A stretch of DNA of 64,000 nt, taken from the NCBI GenBank assembly GCA_965202665.1, contig OZ241841.1, positions 1,216,001 through 1,280,000 on the forward strand, given 5' to 3'. Below are positions 40,099 to 49,687 of this stretch, in pieces. Numbering within the stretch: the stretch's first letter is position 1; every line of letters begins with the position of its first letter. The notes under the pieces were generated by a model. That model was given only the letters and a program-made list of their open reading frames with translations, was not told the origin of the DNA and made no database searches. Position numbers and translations under genes: made by a program. Origin of the DNA: Candidatus Spongiisociaceae bacterium. GTDB taxonomy: Bacteria; Actinomycetota; Acidimicrobiia; Spongiisociales; Spongiisociaceae.

Positions 40099-41370
40099 AT
40101 GCCCGCCGCGATCGTGGTAGGAGCGCAATGGGGCGATGAAGGCAAAGGCCGGGTAACCGACCTGCTTTCCCAGCACGCCGATTACGTGGTCCGCTACCAG
40201 GGGGGCAACAACGCCGGCCACACCATCGTCATCGGCTCGGAGCGGTTCGCCCTGTCGCTGGTCCCCTCCGGGGTCATGTACCCGGACACCACGCCGGTCA
40301 TCGCCTCCGGGGCGGTCATCGACCCGTCCGTTTTGCTGTCCGAGCTGGAAATGTTGCGCAACCGGGGGGTGGATCCGTCCCGGTTGCGCATCTCCGGCAA
40401 CGCCCACCTGATAATGCCCTACCACCGGCGGTTGGACGCGGTGATGGAACGTTATCTGGGGCGCAACCGGATCGGCACCACCCGGCGCGGCATCGGCCCC
40501 GCCTACACCGACAAGTACGCCCGCAACGGCATCCGCGTGCAGGACCTGTTCGACCCGAAAATTTTCCGGGACAAACTGGAAACGGTTCTGGTGGAGAAAA
40601 ACCGGATTCTCACCCGCGTCTACAACCAGTTGCCTATGAAAGCGGAGGAAATAGCGGCCGAATATCTGGAATACGCCCCCCGGCTTATTCCGATGGCGGA
40701 GGATGTTTCCCTGCTGATCTGGTCCGCCCTGCAAGAAGGGCGGGAAGTGTTGTTGGAGGGGGCGCAGGGGACGTTGCTGGACGTGGATCACGGCACCTAC
40801 CCTTTCGTGACTTCCTCCAATCCCACCGCCGGGGGCGGGCCGGTGGGGGTGGGAATCGGCCCCAAAGCCATCGACCGGGTGGTGGGGGTGGCGAAGGCCT
40901 ACATTTCCCGGGTGGGGAGCGGGCCTTTTCCCACTGAGTTGCGCGATGAAACCGGGGAGCGGATGGTAACGGCGGGGGGCGAATTCGGCACGGTCACCGG
41001 ACGGCGACGGCGGTGCGGGTGGCTGGACTTGGCAGCCTTGCGCTACGCCTGCCGCATCAACTCCCTCACCGAATTGTTCCTCACCAAACTGGACGTGCTG
41101 TCCGGGATTGATCCGTTGCGGGTGGCCACCGCCTACCAGGCCGGGGGGGAAACCCACCGGGAGTTCCCCCGTCAGCAACGAACCCTCTACGAATGCTCCC
41201 CCCGCTATGAGGAACTGCCCGGTTGGGAAGAGGACATTTCCGGGATAACCGAATTCTCCCGCCTGCCCGGGGCGGCGCAGGACTACGTGCGTTTCATAGA
41301 GGAGGAGGTCGCCACCCCGATACACTGGGTGTCGGTGGGCCAAGAACGGGGACAGGTAATCGCCCGGTAA
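40099..41370 (+). CDS. purA: Adenylosuccinate synthetase
   Basis: GAQWGDEGKG, GGNNAGHT, EGAQG, GTYPFVTSS, TVTGRRRRCGW. Confidence 0.97.
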   Translation: MPAAIVVGAQWGDEGKGRVTDLLSQHADYVVRYQGGNNAGHTIVIGSERFALSLVPSGVMYPDTTPVIASGAVIDPSVLLSELEMLRNRGVDPSRLRISGNAHLIMPYHRRLDAVMERYLGRNRIGTTRRGIGPAYTDKYARNGIRVQDLFDPKIFRDKLETVLVEKNRILTRVYNQLPMKAEEIAAEYLEYAPRLIPMAEDVSLLIWSALQEGREVLLEGAQGTLLDVDHGTYPFVTSSNPTAGGGPVGVGIGPKAIDRVVGVAKAYISRVGSGPFPTELRDETGERMVTAGGEFGTVTGRRRRCGWLDLAALRYACRINSLTELFLTKLDVLSGIDPLRVATAYQAGGETHREFPRQQRTLYECSPRYEELPGWEEDISGITEFSRLPGAAQDYVRFIEEEVATPIHWVSVGQERGQVIAR

Positions 41371-41396
41371 CGAACGGCGGGAAGGCGACTTATTCC

Positions 41397-42428
41397 ATGC
41401 AACCCGTACGGCACAACTTTTATTCCGACACCCAGACCCGGCCGGGGCCGGGGATGCTGGCCGCGGCGGTGGAGGCGGAGGTGGGCGACGAGCAACTGTT
41501 CGCCGACCCCACCACCCTCCGCTTGGAGGAACGGACCGCGCAACTGCTGGGCAAAGAGGCGGCCGTTTTTCTGCCCACCGGCACCATGTGCAACGAAATC
41601 GCCATCAGGGCCCACACGCAACCGGGGGACGAGGTTATCTGCGAACGCTCCAGCCACATAGTGGTGATGGAAGGGGGCGGCCCGGCCGCCCTGTCGGGGG
41701 TGATGATCAACGGCTTGGACGGGGAGCGGGGGCGTTTCACCGCCGACCAGTTGCGGGCCGCCCTGCGCCCGGCCTCCCGCTACATGCCCCGCTCCCGGAT
41801 GGCGGCGGTGGAGCAGACCGCCAACTTGGCCGGCGGGACGGTGTGGCCGGTGGGGGAACTGGACGAGGTGGCGGCGGCGGCCCGGGAGGCGGGCCTGGTC
41901 ACCCATATGGACGGAGCCCGGTTGCTGAACGCCGTCACGGCGACCGGCGTCGCCGCCGACCGTTACGCCCGGGACATGGACAGCGTGTGGCTGGACCTCA
42001 CCAAAGGCCTGGGGGCTCCGGTGGGGGCGGTGCTGGCCGGGTCGGGGGATTTCATCGAACGGGCCTGGAGGTGGAAGCAGCAGTGGGGCGGTGCCATGCG
42101 CCAGTCGGGGGTGCTGGCCGCCATGGGGATTTACGCTTTGGACAACAACGTGGAGCGCCTGGCCGACGACCACCGGCGGGCGGCCCGCATCGGGGAGGCC
42201 CTGGCCGGAATGCGGCTGGCGGCGGAGACGGCCCCGGTGGAAACCAACATCGTGGTGGCCGCTCTGGCCCCGGAGATGACCGCCCCCCGCCTGGCCGAAA
42301 TTCTGTTGCGGGCGGAGGCGGCGGTTTCGGTCCTGGATGAGCGCCGAATCCGCATCGTAACCCACTTGGATGTGGACGACGCCGATGTGGACGCCCTGCT
42401 GGAGGCCCTGTCCGCCGCCCTCGACTGA
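41397..42428 (+). CDS. ltaE: Low-specificity L-threonine aldolase family (PLP)
   Basis: SDTQTRP, PTGTMCN, HMDGARL.NA, TKGLGAPVG, GGAMRQSG. Confidence 0.88.
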   Translation: MQPVRHNFYSDTQTRPGPGMLAAAVEAEVGDEQLFADPTTLRLEERTAQLLGKEAAVFLPTGTMCNEIAIRAHTQPGDEVICERSSHIVVMEGGGPAALSGVMINGLDGERGRFTADQLRAALRPASRYMPRSRMAAVEQTANLAGGTVWPVGELDEVAAAAREAGLVTHMDGARLLNAVTATGVAADRYARDMDSVWLDLTKGLGAPVGAVLAGSGDFIERAWRWKQQWGGAMRQSGVLAAMGIYALDNNVERLADDHRRAARIGEALAGMRLAAETAPVETNIVVAALAPEMTAPRLAEILLRAEAAVSVLDERRIRIVTHLDVDDADVDALLEALSAALD

Positions 42429-42588
42429 GGCGGGGGCCCCTTCAGCCGCCCCCCGTCGGCACCCCAAATATCTAATTTTGCATAAGGGTATACTGAATTT
42501 ACCATAAAAAATAAAGTGCTATGCTAAAAAAACAAGGAAAATTCGCTAATGCATTAGCAAAAATTCGAGAAAAGGTAAGGAAAGGGCT

Positions 42589-43989
42589 ATGAAGCCGGGC
42601 TTTATACAGCAAGAATTGGTCAGAACCAACCGCTGGTGGCATGAACCCGAAACTTGGGATCGCGATGACGAAGACCTGAATCGAGCCTCCCTGGCTCCTT
42701 TCGACTATTCGGCGAGCGTCTTGGACGATTTGGCGCCCGGGGGCCTGTACACGCTGAGCGGGCCTCGTCGGGTGGGAAAATCGGTGGCGGTGAAGCAAAC
42801 CATCAAAAGGCTGATAGGGGACGGCGTAAACCCAGTCTCCATATCCCATTTTTCGGTCGACGGCTGGCGGGTGGGTGATTTGACGAAGTTGGCGAACGCC
42901 GTCCGCCAGATGAGCCCGTGGAGCGGGAGCCGTTACTGGTTTTTAGACGAGATCACGGGAATGTCGGGCGAATGGCCGCACCATATCAAATGGTTGCGCG
43001 ACAACTACCCCGGCTTTGGCCGCGACACGGTGATTCTCACCGGTTCCTCCTCCTCCGACCTGCGGGAAGCGGCGGGCTTGTGGGGAGGAAGGCACGGTCC
43101 GGCGACTGACCCGTATCGGGTGCTGTTGCCGATGGGGTTTCGTTCTTTCGCCGCCCTGATCGGATCGCCCGGGGGAATGCCGGAGCAGGTCGGCCCGTTG
43201 CGCATCGCCGACCTTAGTCGGCAACGGCTGACGGAAGCGACCTACCAGCTGATGCCCTGGCTGAATGACCTCATTCAGGCTTGGGAAATATATTTGCAGG
43301 TGGGAGGCTTCCCAGAAGCGGTGAGCGACTACCTGCGGGCCGCTAAAAGCCTGTTGCCCGATGAGCTGTTTCGGATTATCAGCGGAGGGGCCTTTCGCAG
43401 GACGCAAATGTCCAACCTGCAGTCCCGCATCTTGTTGCAACTGCTGACCGAAGGATTATGCTCGCCGACCAACATCGCCAACTTGGCCCGCGACCTGGAT
43501 GTAACGAGCGTCACTATGAAACAGCGGCTAACCGACTTGCGGGAGTCGTTTGCGACGTGGCCCGCCCATCGCGAAAAAAACGGACGAGCCCAACTCAGGG
43601 CCCGTCGCAAGACGTACTTCACCGATCCGATATTCACCAGGCTGGCGGACGACGGCTGGTTGGATTTGAGCATCCTGTCCGAACAGCAACTGGGGATGGC
43701 CCTGGTGCGCAACCTGGAACGGCGGTACCCGGGCAGCTATATGGACTTTGGGCGGGTGCTCTACCACCGCACCCCCGCCGGGGCCGAAATCGACTTTACC
43801 GGCCCGGACTTCGGCGGCGCGGCCATCGAATCAAAATATGTGGACGATGGCTGGAGAAGGGGGGCCCTCCGCACGCTGAAGGCCTCCCCCTGGGAAGGGA
43901 TCGTGGCCACCCGCGGCCTGATCGACCTGAGCGACCCGGAAGCGGCCGCCGTCCCCGCCGCCTTCCTAGCCTGGCTACTCGACACCTGA
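42589..43989 (+). CDS. AAA_14-type ATPase with DUF4143-like C-terminus
   Basis: GPRRVGKS, FLDEI, LTGSS, YLQVGGFP, KTYFTDP, YHRT..G.EIDF.......IESK. Confidence 0.85.
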   Translation: MKPGFIQQELVRTNRWWHEPETWDRDDEDLNRASLAPFDYSASVLDDLAPGGLYTLSGPRRVGKSVAVKQTIKRLIGDGVNPVSISHFSVDGWRVGDLTKLANAVRQMSPWSGSRYWFLDEITGMSGEWPHHIKWLRDNYPGFGRDTVILTGSSSSDLREAAGLWGGRHGPATDPYRVLLPMGFRSFAALIGSPGGMPEQVGPLRIADLSRQRLTEATYQLMPWLNDLIQAWEIYLQVGGFPEAVSDYLRAAKSLLPDELFRIISGGAFRRTQMSNLQSRILLQLLTEGLCSPTNIANLARDLDVTSVTMKQRLTDLRESFATWPAHREKNGRAQLRARRKTYFTDPIFTRLADDGWLDLSILSEQQLGMALVRNLERRYPGSYMDFGRVLYHRTPAGAEIDFTGPDFGGAAIESKYVDDGWRRGALRTLKASPWEGIVATRGLIDLSDPEAAAVPAAFLAWLLDT

Positions 43990-44018
43990 TTACCGGGTGC
44001 GCAGACCCGATGGGCGAC

Positions 44019-44480
44019 TCATCCCCGGGCCGAACGGCGGTCCGTGAAAAAATCTTCCAGGGCCCGGCGGCACTCCGCTTCCCGCACCCCCGCAACCAGC
44101 TCCATCCGATGGTTGAGACGACGGTCTTGGGGGATGTTGTACAAACTCCAGGCCGCGCCCGCCGCCGGGTCCGACGCCCCGTAGACGATACGCTCCAACC
44201 GGGCGTTGACGGCCGCCCCGGCGCACATCGGGCACGGCTCCAAAGTAACCACCAAGGTGCAGCCCTCCAGCCGCCATCCGCCCAAAACGCGGGAGGCCGC
44301 CGACAGAACCAGAATTTCCGCGTGAGCGGTCGGGTCGCCGAGTTGCTCGCGGCGGTTGCGGTCGGCGCTCACCGGCCGGCCGTCCGGGCCCACCAAGACC
44401 GCCCCCACCGGCACTTCGCCCCGCTCCGCCGCCTCCCGGGCCATCGCCAGCGCCCCGTCCATGTGCTCGACCCAAGACAT
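44019..44480 (-). CDS. tadA: tRNA adenosine(34) deaminase
   Basis: GEVPVGA, DPTAHAE, TLEPCPMCAGA. Confidence 0.93.
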   Translation of the reverse strand: MSWVEHMDGALAMAREAAERGEVPVGAVLVGPDGRPVSADRNRREQLGDPTAHAEILVLSAASRVLGGWRLEGCTLVVTLEPCPMCAGAAVNARLERIVYGASDPAAGAAWSLYNIPQDRRLNHRMELVAGVREAECRRALEDFFTDRRSARG

Positions 44481-44514
44481 AACCGCCCGTCCGTTCCTCA
44501 GCCGTACGCCGAAA

Positions 44515-44783
44515 CCGTGCCGCCCGCCGTCGAATGCCGATGCCGCGGCGCTGAAACGGCCGCCGGCTCGGGCCAGGCAACCCCGCGGCGCCCGGCGAAC
44601 AACGCTTAGGGCTGCTTCCTCCCGGACCTGACCCAGTTCACGAAGACGCCGCCGCGCGGGACCCAGCGGTCAACACTGCGCACCGCCCGCTTACCGCCGC
44701 ACCGCACACCCTTCGACGGGCGATCCGCCCCGCCTAAGAGGGTTTCGGGCTACAGGGCACCCCTAGCGCCCCGCGTAGCACGG
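44515..44783 (-). ncRNA. ffs: Signal recognition particle RNA, large (Alu-domain-containing) type
   Basis: 5' CCGTGCTACGCGGGGCGCTAGGGGTGCCCTGTAGCCCG (Bacillus scRNA-like Alu start). Helix-8 motif GGGTCAGGTCCGGGAGGAAGCAGCCC. 3' end GGCACGG pairs with the 5' CCGTGC. ~270 nt. Confidence 0.88.
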
Positions 44784-44855
44784 TCGGGGCCCACATTACA
44801 CGACTTGCGGAGATAAGTTAACCGCAGGGAAGCGCCCGGAGGCGGGCCAACCCGG

Positions 44856-44945
44856 CGGAGGGAGTGGGATTTGAACCCACGAGGCGCGGATAACGCCAAC
44901 ACGCTTTCCAGGCGTGCGCACTAGGCCAGACTATGCGATCCCTCC
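44856..44945 (-). tRNA. tRNA-Ser(GGA)
   Basis: GGAGGGA/TCCCTCC acceptor stem, CACGC-CTGGAAA-GCGTG anticodon arm, long variable arm, GGTTCAAATCC T arm; CCA not encoded. Confidence 0.95.
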
Positions 44946-44994
44946 CCTGCCTCCTTAATATTAGGCGCTTCCAACGGCCTTAGCGCGCCGGGGG

Positions 44995-45630
44995 TCAAGG
45001 CTTGGTCAAAATCACCCCGTATACGAAGCCGAGCGGCCCCATGCGCCACGACTCCGACACTTGCAGGGGCCCCCCGGCGTACAACTCCTCCGGCGGGGGG
45101 AAGCGATCCAACGACCGGTGCAGATAGCGATATTCCCGCCCCGCCCCGATGGCCGCCCCCGCCAAAGGCAACAGCACGGCGGTGCCCGCCCGGTGCAGGG
45201 CGGCCAGGGCCCGGCGGGCGGGCCGTCCCAAGTCCACAATCCCCGCTTGGCCGCCCGGCCGCAACACCCGTGCCGTCTCCGCCAAAGTTTCCGGCAGCGA
45301 ATCAAGGTTGCGCACCGCAAAAGCCGAAAACACGGCGTCGAACGATCCGTCGGCGAACGGCAGCCGCTCCCCCATTCCCTCCACCCGCCAAGCGGCCGGG
45401 TTGCGTTCCAGCATCTCCGCCACCGGATCCAGCGCCGCCGTCTCCCGGCCGCCGAACAGGGGGAGGGCCGCCCCGGTGCCCGACCCCAGATCCAACAGGC
45501 GGCCCGGGGGCAGGCGGTCAGCCACCGCCCGGCGCCAGGCGCGGTCCCGTCCCAGGGAAAGAATTCTGTTCAGCCGGTCGTAGCGGTCGGCGATCTTGGC
45601 GAAAACCGCGTCCGGGGTGCGGGAGGTCAC
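44995..45630 (-). CDS. UbiE/MenG-family methyltransferase
   Basis: VFAKIADRYDRLNRILSLGRDRAWR, LDLGSGTG, LPFADGSFD, RVLRPGG. Confidence 0.85.
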   Translation of the reverse strand: MTSRTPDAVFAKIADRYDRLNRILSLGRDRAWRRAVADRLPPGRLLDLGSGTGAALPLFGGRETAALDPVAEMLERNPAAWRVEGMGERLPFADGSFDAVFSAFAVRNLDSLPETLAETARVLRPGGQAGIVDLGRPARRALAALHRAGTAVLLPLAGAAIGAGREYRYLHRSLDRFPPPEELYAGGPLQVSESWRMGPLGFVYGVILTKP

Positions 45631-45643
45631 CGCCGCCCGCCGC

Positions 45644-46906
45644 TCACCGCCCCGGCTCCACCCGGTCGAATCCCACGTAGGGCTGCAGGGCGGCCGGGAT
45701 GGCGATGGACCCGTCCCGGCGTTGATGGTTCTCCATCAAGGCGATCAACATCCGGCCCACCGCCACCGCCGTGCCGTTCAAAGTGTGCACCAAGCGGGTC
45801 CCCCCCTCCGACCGGTAACGGATGGCCAGCCGGCGGGCCTGAAAATCGGTGGTGTTGGAACAGGAAGTGATTTCCCGGTAACGGCCCTGGCCGGGAATCC
45901 ACGCCTCCAGATCGTATTTTTTGGCGGCTGAGGAACCCAAGTCGCCCGCCGCCACGTTCACCACCCGGTAGGGGACCTCCAGGCTTTGCACGATCTGCTC
46001 CTCTATGGACAGCAGGAAATCGTGCTCCTCCCAGGAGCGCTCCGGGTGGCAGAAGGAAAACATTTCCACTTTGTCGAACTGGTGCACCCGGAAAATTCCG
46101 GCCGTGTCCTTGCCGTGGGCGCCCGCCTCCCTTCGGAAACAGGTGGAGAAGCCGGCGTAGCGCAACGGCAGATCATCCTCGTCCAAAATCTCATCGGCGC
46201 GGTAGGCGGCCAAAGCCACCTCCGAGGTGCCGGCCAAAAACAGGTCGTCTTTGGGCAGTTCGTAAACCTGCTGGTCGTCGTCGGGGAAAAACCCGGTGCC
46301 GAACAAGGCCTCCTCCCGCACCAGAACCGGCGGGACCACCGGCGTAAAGCCGTGGCCGCCCAGCAGATCCAAGGTCATGCGCACCAAGCCGAACTCCATG
46401 AGAACCGCCGGACCGGTCAAGTAGCCGAACCGGGAGCCCGACACTTTTGCCCCCCGCTCCATGTCGATCATTCCCAGCGCGGACCCCAACTCCCGGTGAT
46501 CCAAAACCGGCCAGTCCCGCTCCTCTATCTCCCCCCACCGTCTCATCTCCCGGTTGTCTTCTTCGGCGAAGCCGTCGGCGGCGGTGGGATGGGCCATGTT
46601 GGGGACCCGCGCCCACATCTCCTCAAAGCGTTCGTCCAGCTGGTCGGCTTCGGCCAGCGTCGCTTTGTAGCGTTCGGCCAGTTGGGAGGCCTCCCGTATG
46701 GCCTCCTCTTTGTCCGCGCCCCGCAGGGCGGGAATCAGTTTGCCGGACTTGCGTTGCCGGGCCCGCGTCTCCTCCGCTTGCGTCCGCACCCGCCGCCGTT
46801 CCCGATCCAAGTCGGCCATCGCCGGCACGTCCATGCTCAGCCCGCGCCGGCGGAGGGCCTCCCGCAGGGCGTCCGGGTCGTCGCGCAGTATCCGAATGTC
46901 GATCAT
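45644..46906 (-). CDS. serS: Serine--tRNA ligase
   Basis: MIDIRILR, GTSEV, CFRREAG...DT.GIFRVHQFDKVE, EITSCSNTTDFQARR, HTLNGT. Confidence 0.97.
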   Translation of the reverse strand: MIDIRILRDDPDALREALRRRGLSMDVPAMADLDRERRRVRTQAEETRARQRKSGKLIPALRGADKEEAIREASQLAERYKATLAEADQLDERFEEMWARVPNMAHPTAADGFAEEDNREMRRWGEIEERDWPVLDHRELGSALGMIDMERGAKVSGSRFGYLTGPAVLMEFGLVRMTLDLLGGHGFTPVVPPVLVREEALFGTGFFPDDDQQVYELPKDDLFLAGTSEVALAAYRADEILDEDDLPLRYAGFSTCFRREAGAHGKDTAGIFRVHQFDKVEMFSFCHPERSWEEHDFLLSIEEQIVQSLEVPYRVVNVAAGDLGSSAAKKYDLEAWIPGQGRYREITSCSNTTDFQARRLAIRYRSEGGTRLVHTLNGTAVAVGRMLIALMENHQRRDGSIAIPAALQPYVGFDRVEPGR

Positions 46907-47026
46907 CCCGGTTGATGGTACATCCCCCGGAGCCGCCGTAGTTCCAAAACCCTCTCCGCCCTCCCCTCCGCCCCGAACGAACCCGGTAATATGGAGCTGG
47001 CACGGGGAGCATTAAGGAGGGACGGG

Positions 47027-47308
47027 ATGGCGGAACAGGAAGCGCAAAAGTTCAACATTGAAGGGGCGACCCCGGAGATGCTGGCCGGGGTGTACGCCAA
47101 CTTCGCGGCCGTCAACCATTCCCCCTTCGAATTTACGTTGGACTTTTTCCGCCGCGATTTTTCCCGGGGCGGGGCCACCGGCCCGTTGGTGGCGCGCATC
47201 AACATGTCGCCCCTGTTCGTCCGCCAACTGATCGACATGTTGCAAACCAACTGGGAAAAATACGCCGACAAGGCGATGCCCCCCGAAGCGCGCGGCCCCT
47301 CCGCCTGA
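47027..47308 (+). CDS. DUF3467-like small protein
   Basis: GVYANFAAVNHSPFEFTLDF...VARINMSP; AAGGAGG RBS. Confidence 0.75.
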   Translation: MAEQEAQKFNIEGATPEMLAGVYANFAAVNHSPFEFTLDFFRRDFSRGGATGPLVARINMSPLFVRQLIDMLQTNWEKYADKAMPPEARGPSA

Positions 47309-47315
47309 CGGCCCC

Positions 47316-48317
47316 CTAACCGGCGGGGTTGAACCGGATCCCCGACTCCCAAATGTTGTCCTCGGCGTTCACCTCTTCGTCCACCACCGTCAGGTTGAAC
47401 GAAAGCGAATAAGCCCGCCCCGGCTCCACCGGGACCGCATCGAACAGGACCGAGCGGTTCTCCCCCGCCGCCAAATCGATGCCGCGGCTGTCCTGGGTGG
47501 AAATCACACCCTCCTCGTTTCGGAAATTGGCCGACAGGAACAGGCTCTTCTGATCCACGTTGCCCCGGTTGCCGATTACCGCGCTGAACCGCAACCGGTC
47601 GGAGGCCGGAAAAATCATTTCCCCGCTGCTCCCTTGGGCGCCGGTAGGAAGCGGGTCGAACACCACCTGCAACACTCCCACATCGCTGCGCATGGCCATG
47701 GCGGTGCTGTTGCGGGCCGCCCGGGCCAGAATGTCGGCGTTTAGCAACACCGGATCGGAGGACACGAAAGCCACCTGCGGCAACTCCCCGATGGTTACGT
47801 CCAAGTCGTCAATCAGGGAAAGGGCGTTGTCGTAGGAAAGTTGGTACAACAGGTCGCCCACCCGCATGTCGGCGATGGCCGAAGCCAGGGTGTCCACCGG
47901 GGCGGAGGCCAACGGGTCGTCCACCAGTTGCAGAACCGCCGCCCGGAACTGATCCAAACCGGACGCCCAAGAACGGAAAGCCAAACTCTGCAGTCCGGCG
48001 GCCGCTTCCGCCGCCGGGGGGCGGTCCAGGCGGGAAAACGCCAGCCGATTCTCCACCACCTGCGAATGAAGCCGTTCCGCCAAGTTGTCGAAATCGTCGC
48101 GGGTGATGGTTCCGAACTGGTTGCGCACCAGGTTGCTGAACGAGTCGGCCGCATCCCCCGTGTCCTGGAGCAGGGGCCGGGCCTGGTCGAAGTAGGCGGC
48201 CAGCCGGCGGTTGTCGGTGCGGATCGCCCCGGTGAGCAGGGCTAAAACCAACGCCCCGATCACGGCCGGTACCACCCACCAGAGCAAACGGCGGCGACGG
48301 CGGTAGGAGTGGAACAT
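47316..48317 (-). CDS. Membrane-anchored hypothetical protein with Ig/CARDB-like C-terminus
   Basis: Basic N-terminus plus one TM helix; C-terminal N.GN...LAAGE...E.NAEDN pattern. Confidence 0.65.
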   Translation of the reverse strand: MFHSYRRRRRLLWWVVPAVIGALVLALLTGAIRTDNRRLAAYFDQARPLLQDTGDAADSFSNLVRNQFGTITRDDFDNLAERLHSQVVENRLAFSRLDRPPAAEAAAGLQSLAFRSWASGLDQFRAAVLQLVDDPLASAPVDTLASAIADMRVGDLLYQLSYDNALSLIDDLDVTIGELPQVAFVSSDPVLLNADILARAARNSTAMAMRSDVGVLQVVFDPLPTGAQGSSGEMIFPASDRLRFSAVIGNRGNVDQKSLFLSANFRNEEGVISTQDSRGIDLAAGENRSVLFDAVPVEPGRAYSLSFNLTVVDEEVNAEDNIWESGIRFNPAG

Positions 48318-48468
48318 GGCGGGGGCGGCCGTTCAGCCGGACGCGCCTCGCCCGGGCGGCGGGGGGGCATGGTCGGTCATCGGTCAAAGATTAGGCGGCG
48401 GGGAAAACTACCTGCTCCGACCGGTTACAATATGCCTGGCCGGCGGCCGGGCCGGGCCGCGTTCAGCG

Positions 48469-48555
48469 GGGCGAGTGGCGGAATTTGGCAGACGCGCTGG
48501 GTTCAGGACCCAGTGGGCTTTTTTGCCCGTGGAGGTTCGAGTCCTCTCTCGCCCA
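48469..48555 (+). tRNA. tRNA-Leu(CAG)
   Basis: GGGCGAG/CTCGCCC acceptor stem, CTGGG-TTCAGGA-CCCAG anticodon arm, variable arm, GGTTCGAGTCC. Confidence 0.95.
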
Positions 48556-48558
48556 CCC

Positions 48559-49116
48559 TCATCTTCCCGGCGACGGACGCGGCCCCCGGCACACCAGCGC
48601 CGAACAGCGGACGGCGGCGGTTAAGCCCACTTGGCGGGCGCGCTCCACGTCCACGCAATCCCGCCGGGCGGCCTGATAGGCGGTTCCGTCGATCTCCACC
48701 GTGCAGGAGCCGGAAATGACGAAGATCAGCACATCCTCCTCCGGGGACACATCCAAGCGGTAGGGGTGGTCCGGGTCCAAGTTGACCGCCGTCACCCGCA
48801 ACCGCAGATCCGAGTCGGACAGGAGCGCCTGCGGTTGGTCGGTGCGCACCGTGCCCTGCCGGGCTCGATGGCCGCCCAGGCTGGGCAACAACTGGGCCAA
48901 AGGCAGATCCAGGGCTTTGCCGATGCGCAACAGCACCGGCAGCGACGGATGGGTGCGGCCTTTTTCCACATCGCTCAGATGGGCGGCGGAAATGCCAGCC
49001 GCCTCCGCCACTTGGCGCAAAGTGCGGGACAACTGGGCGCGCCGCTCCCGCAACCTGGCCCCCACCTCCTGGGAAATTTTGGCGGGCAGTTGCCCGACGT
49101 CGAAGCCGGCGGCCAT
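48559..49116 (-). CDS. XRE-family HTH plus cupin regulator
   Basis: LRQVAEAAGISAAHLSDVEKGRTHPSL; C-terminal cupin. Confidence 0.85.
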   Translation of the reverse strand: MAAGFDVGQLPAKISQEVGARLRERRAQLSRTLRQVAEAAGISAAHLSDVEKGRTHPSLPVLLRIGKALDLPLAQLLPSLGGHRARQGTVRTDQPQALLSDSDLRLRVTAVNLDPDHPYRLDVSPEEDVLIFVISGSCTVEIDGTAYQAARRDCVDVERARQVGLTAAVRCSALVCRGPRPSPGR

Positions 49117-49118
49117 GA

Positions 49119-49664
49119 TCAAACCAGCGCCGGACAGGTGATGACCAAAGCCAGCACCGGCTCGCTCCCCTCGCAAATGATTTCGTGCGTCTCGTGGGAG
49201 GCGTAGTGCAGGGAGCCGCCCGGGCCCAAGCGGTAGAGGTCGGAACCGAATCGAAGGTCCACCCGGCCCGACAGCACCAGCAGAAACCGCTCCCCGTAAT
49301 GGCGGTAGACGGCGGGGGCGTCGTTCAGCTCCAGCACAAAAGCCGAATAGGACCCCGCCGCGCCGTGGCTTCCCACAATTTGGAACGACCGGTCGTCGGG
49401 CAGGCGCAACTCTTTCCCCTCCCCGGCCCGGGTTATATGCACCGCCGGCCCGGGGGCGGAGTCCAACAGGGTGGTCATCTCCACCTCCAAGGCCATGGCC
49501 ACCATGGCCAAAGCGGTCAGCGAAGGCACATAGGTTCCCCTCTCGATCTGGGAAATGTGGGAGGCGGTGTAACCGGTAGCCTCCGCCAAATCCACCAACC
49601 TCATCCCCCGGGCGTTGCGCAACCGGCTCACGTTGCGGCCCAGGGCGGCCAGTTCAATATCCAC
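49119..49664 (-). CDS. XRE-family HTH plus cupin regulator
   Basis: LVDLAEATGYTASHISQIERG..VPSL; H.GE...VLSG....LGPGGS.....HETH. Confidence 0.87.
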   Translation of the reverse strand: MDIELAALGRNVSRLRNARGMRLVDLAEATGYTASHISQIERGTYVPSLTALAMVAMALEVEMTTLLDSAPGPAVHITRAGEGKELRLPDDRSFQIVGSHGAAGSYSAFVLELNDAPAVYRHYGERFLLVLSGRVDLRFGSDLYRLGPGGSLHYASHETHEIICEGSEPVLALVITCPALV

Positions 49665-49687
49665 GCCCGGCTCCCCGCCGCCCCGGG

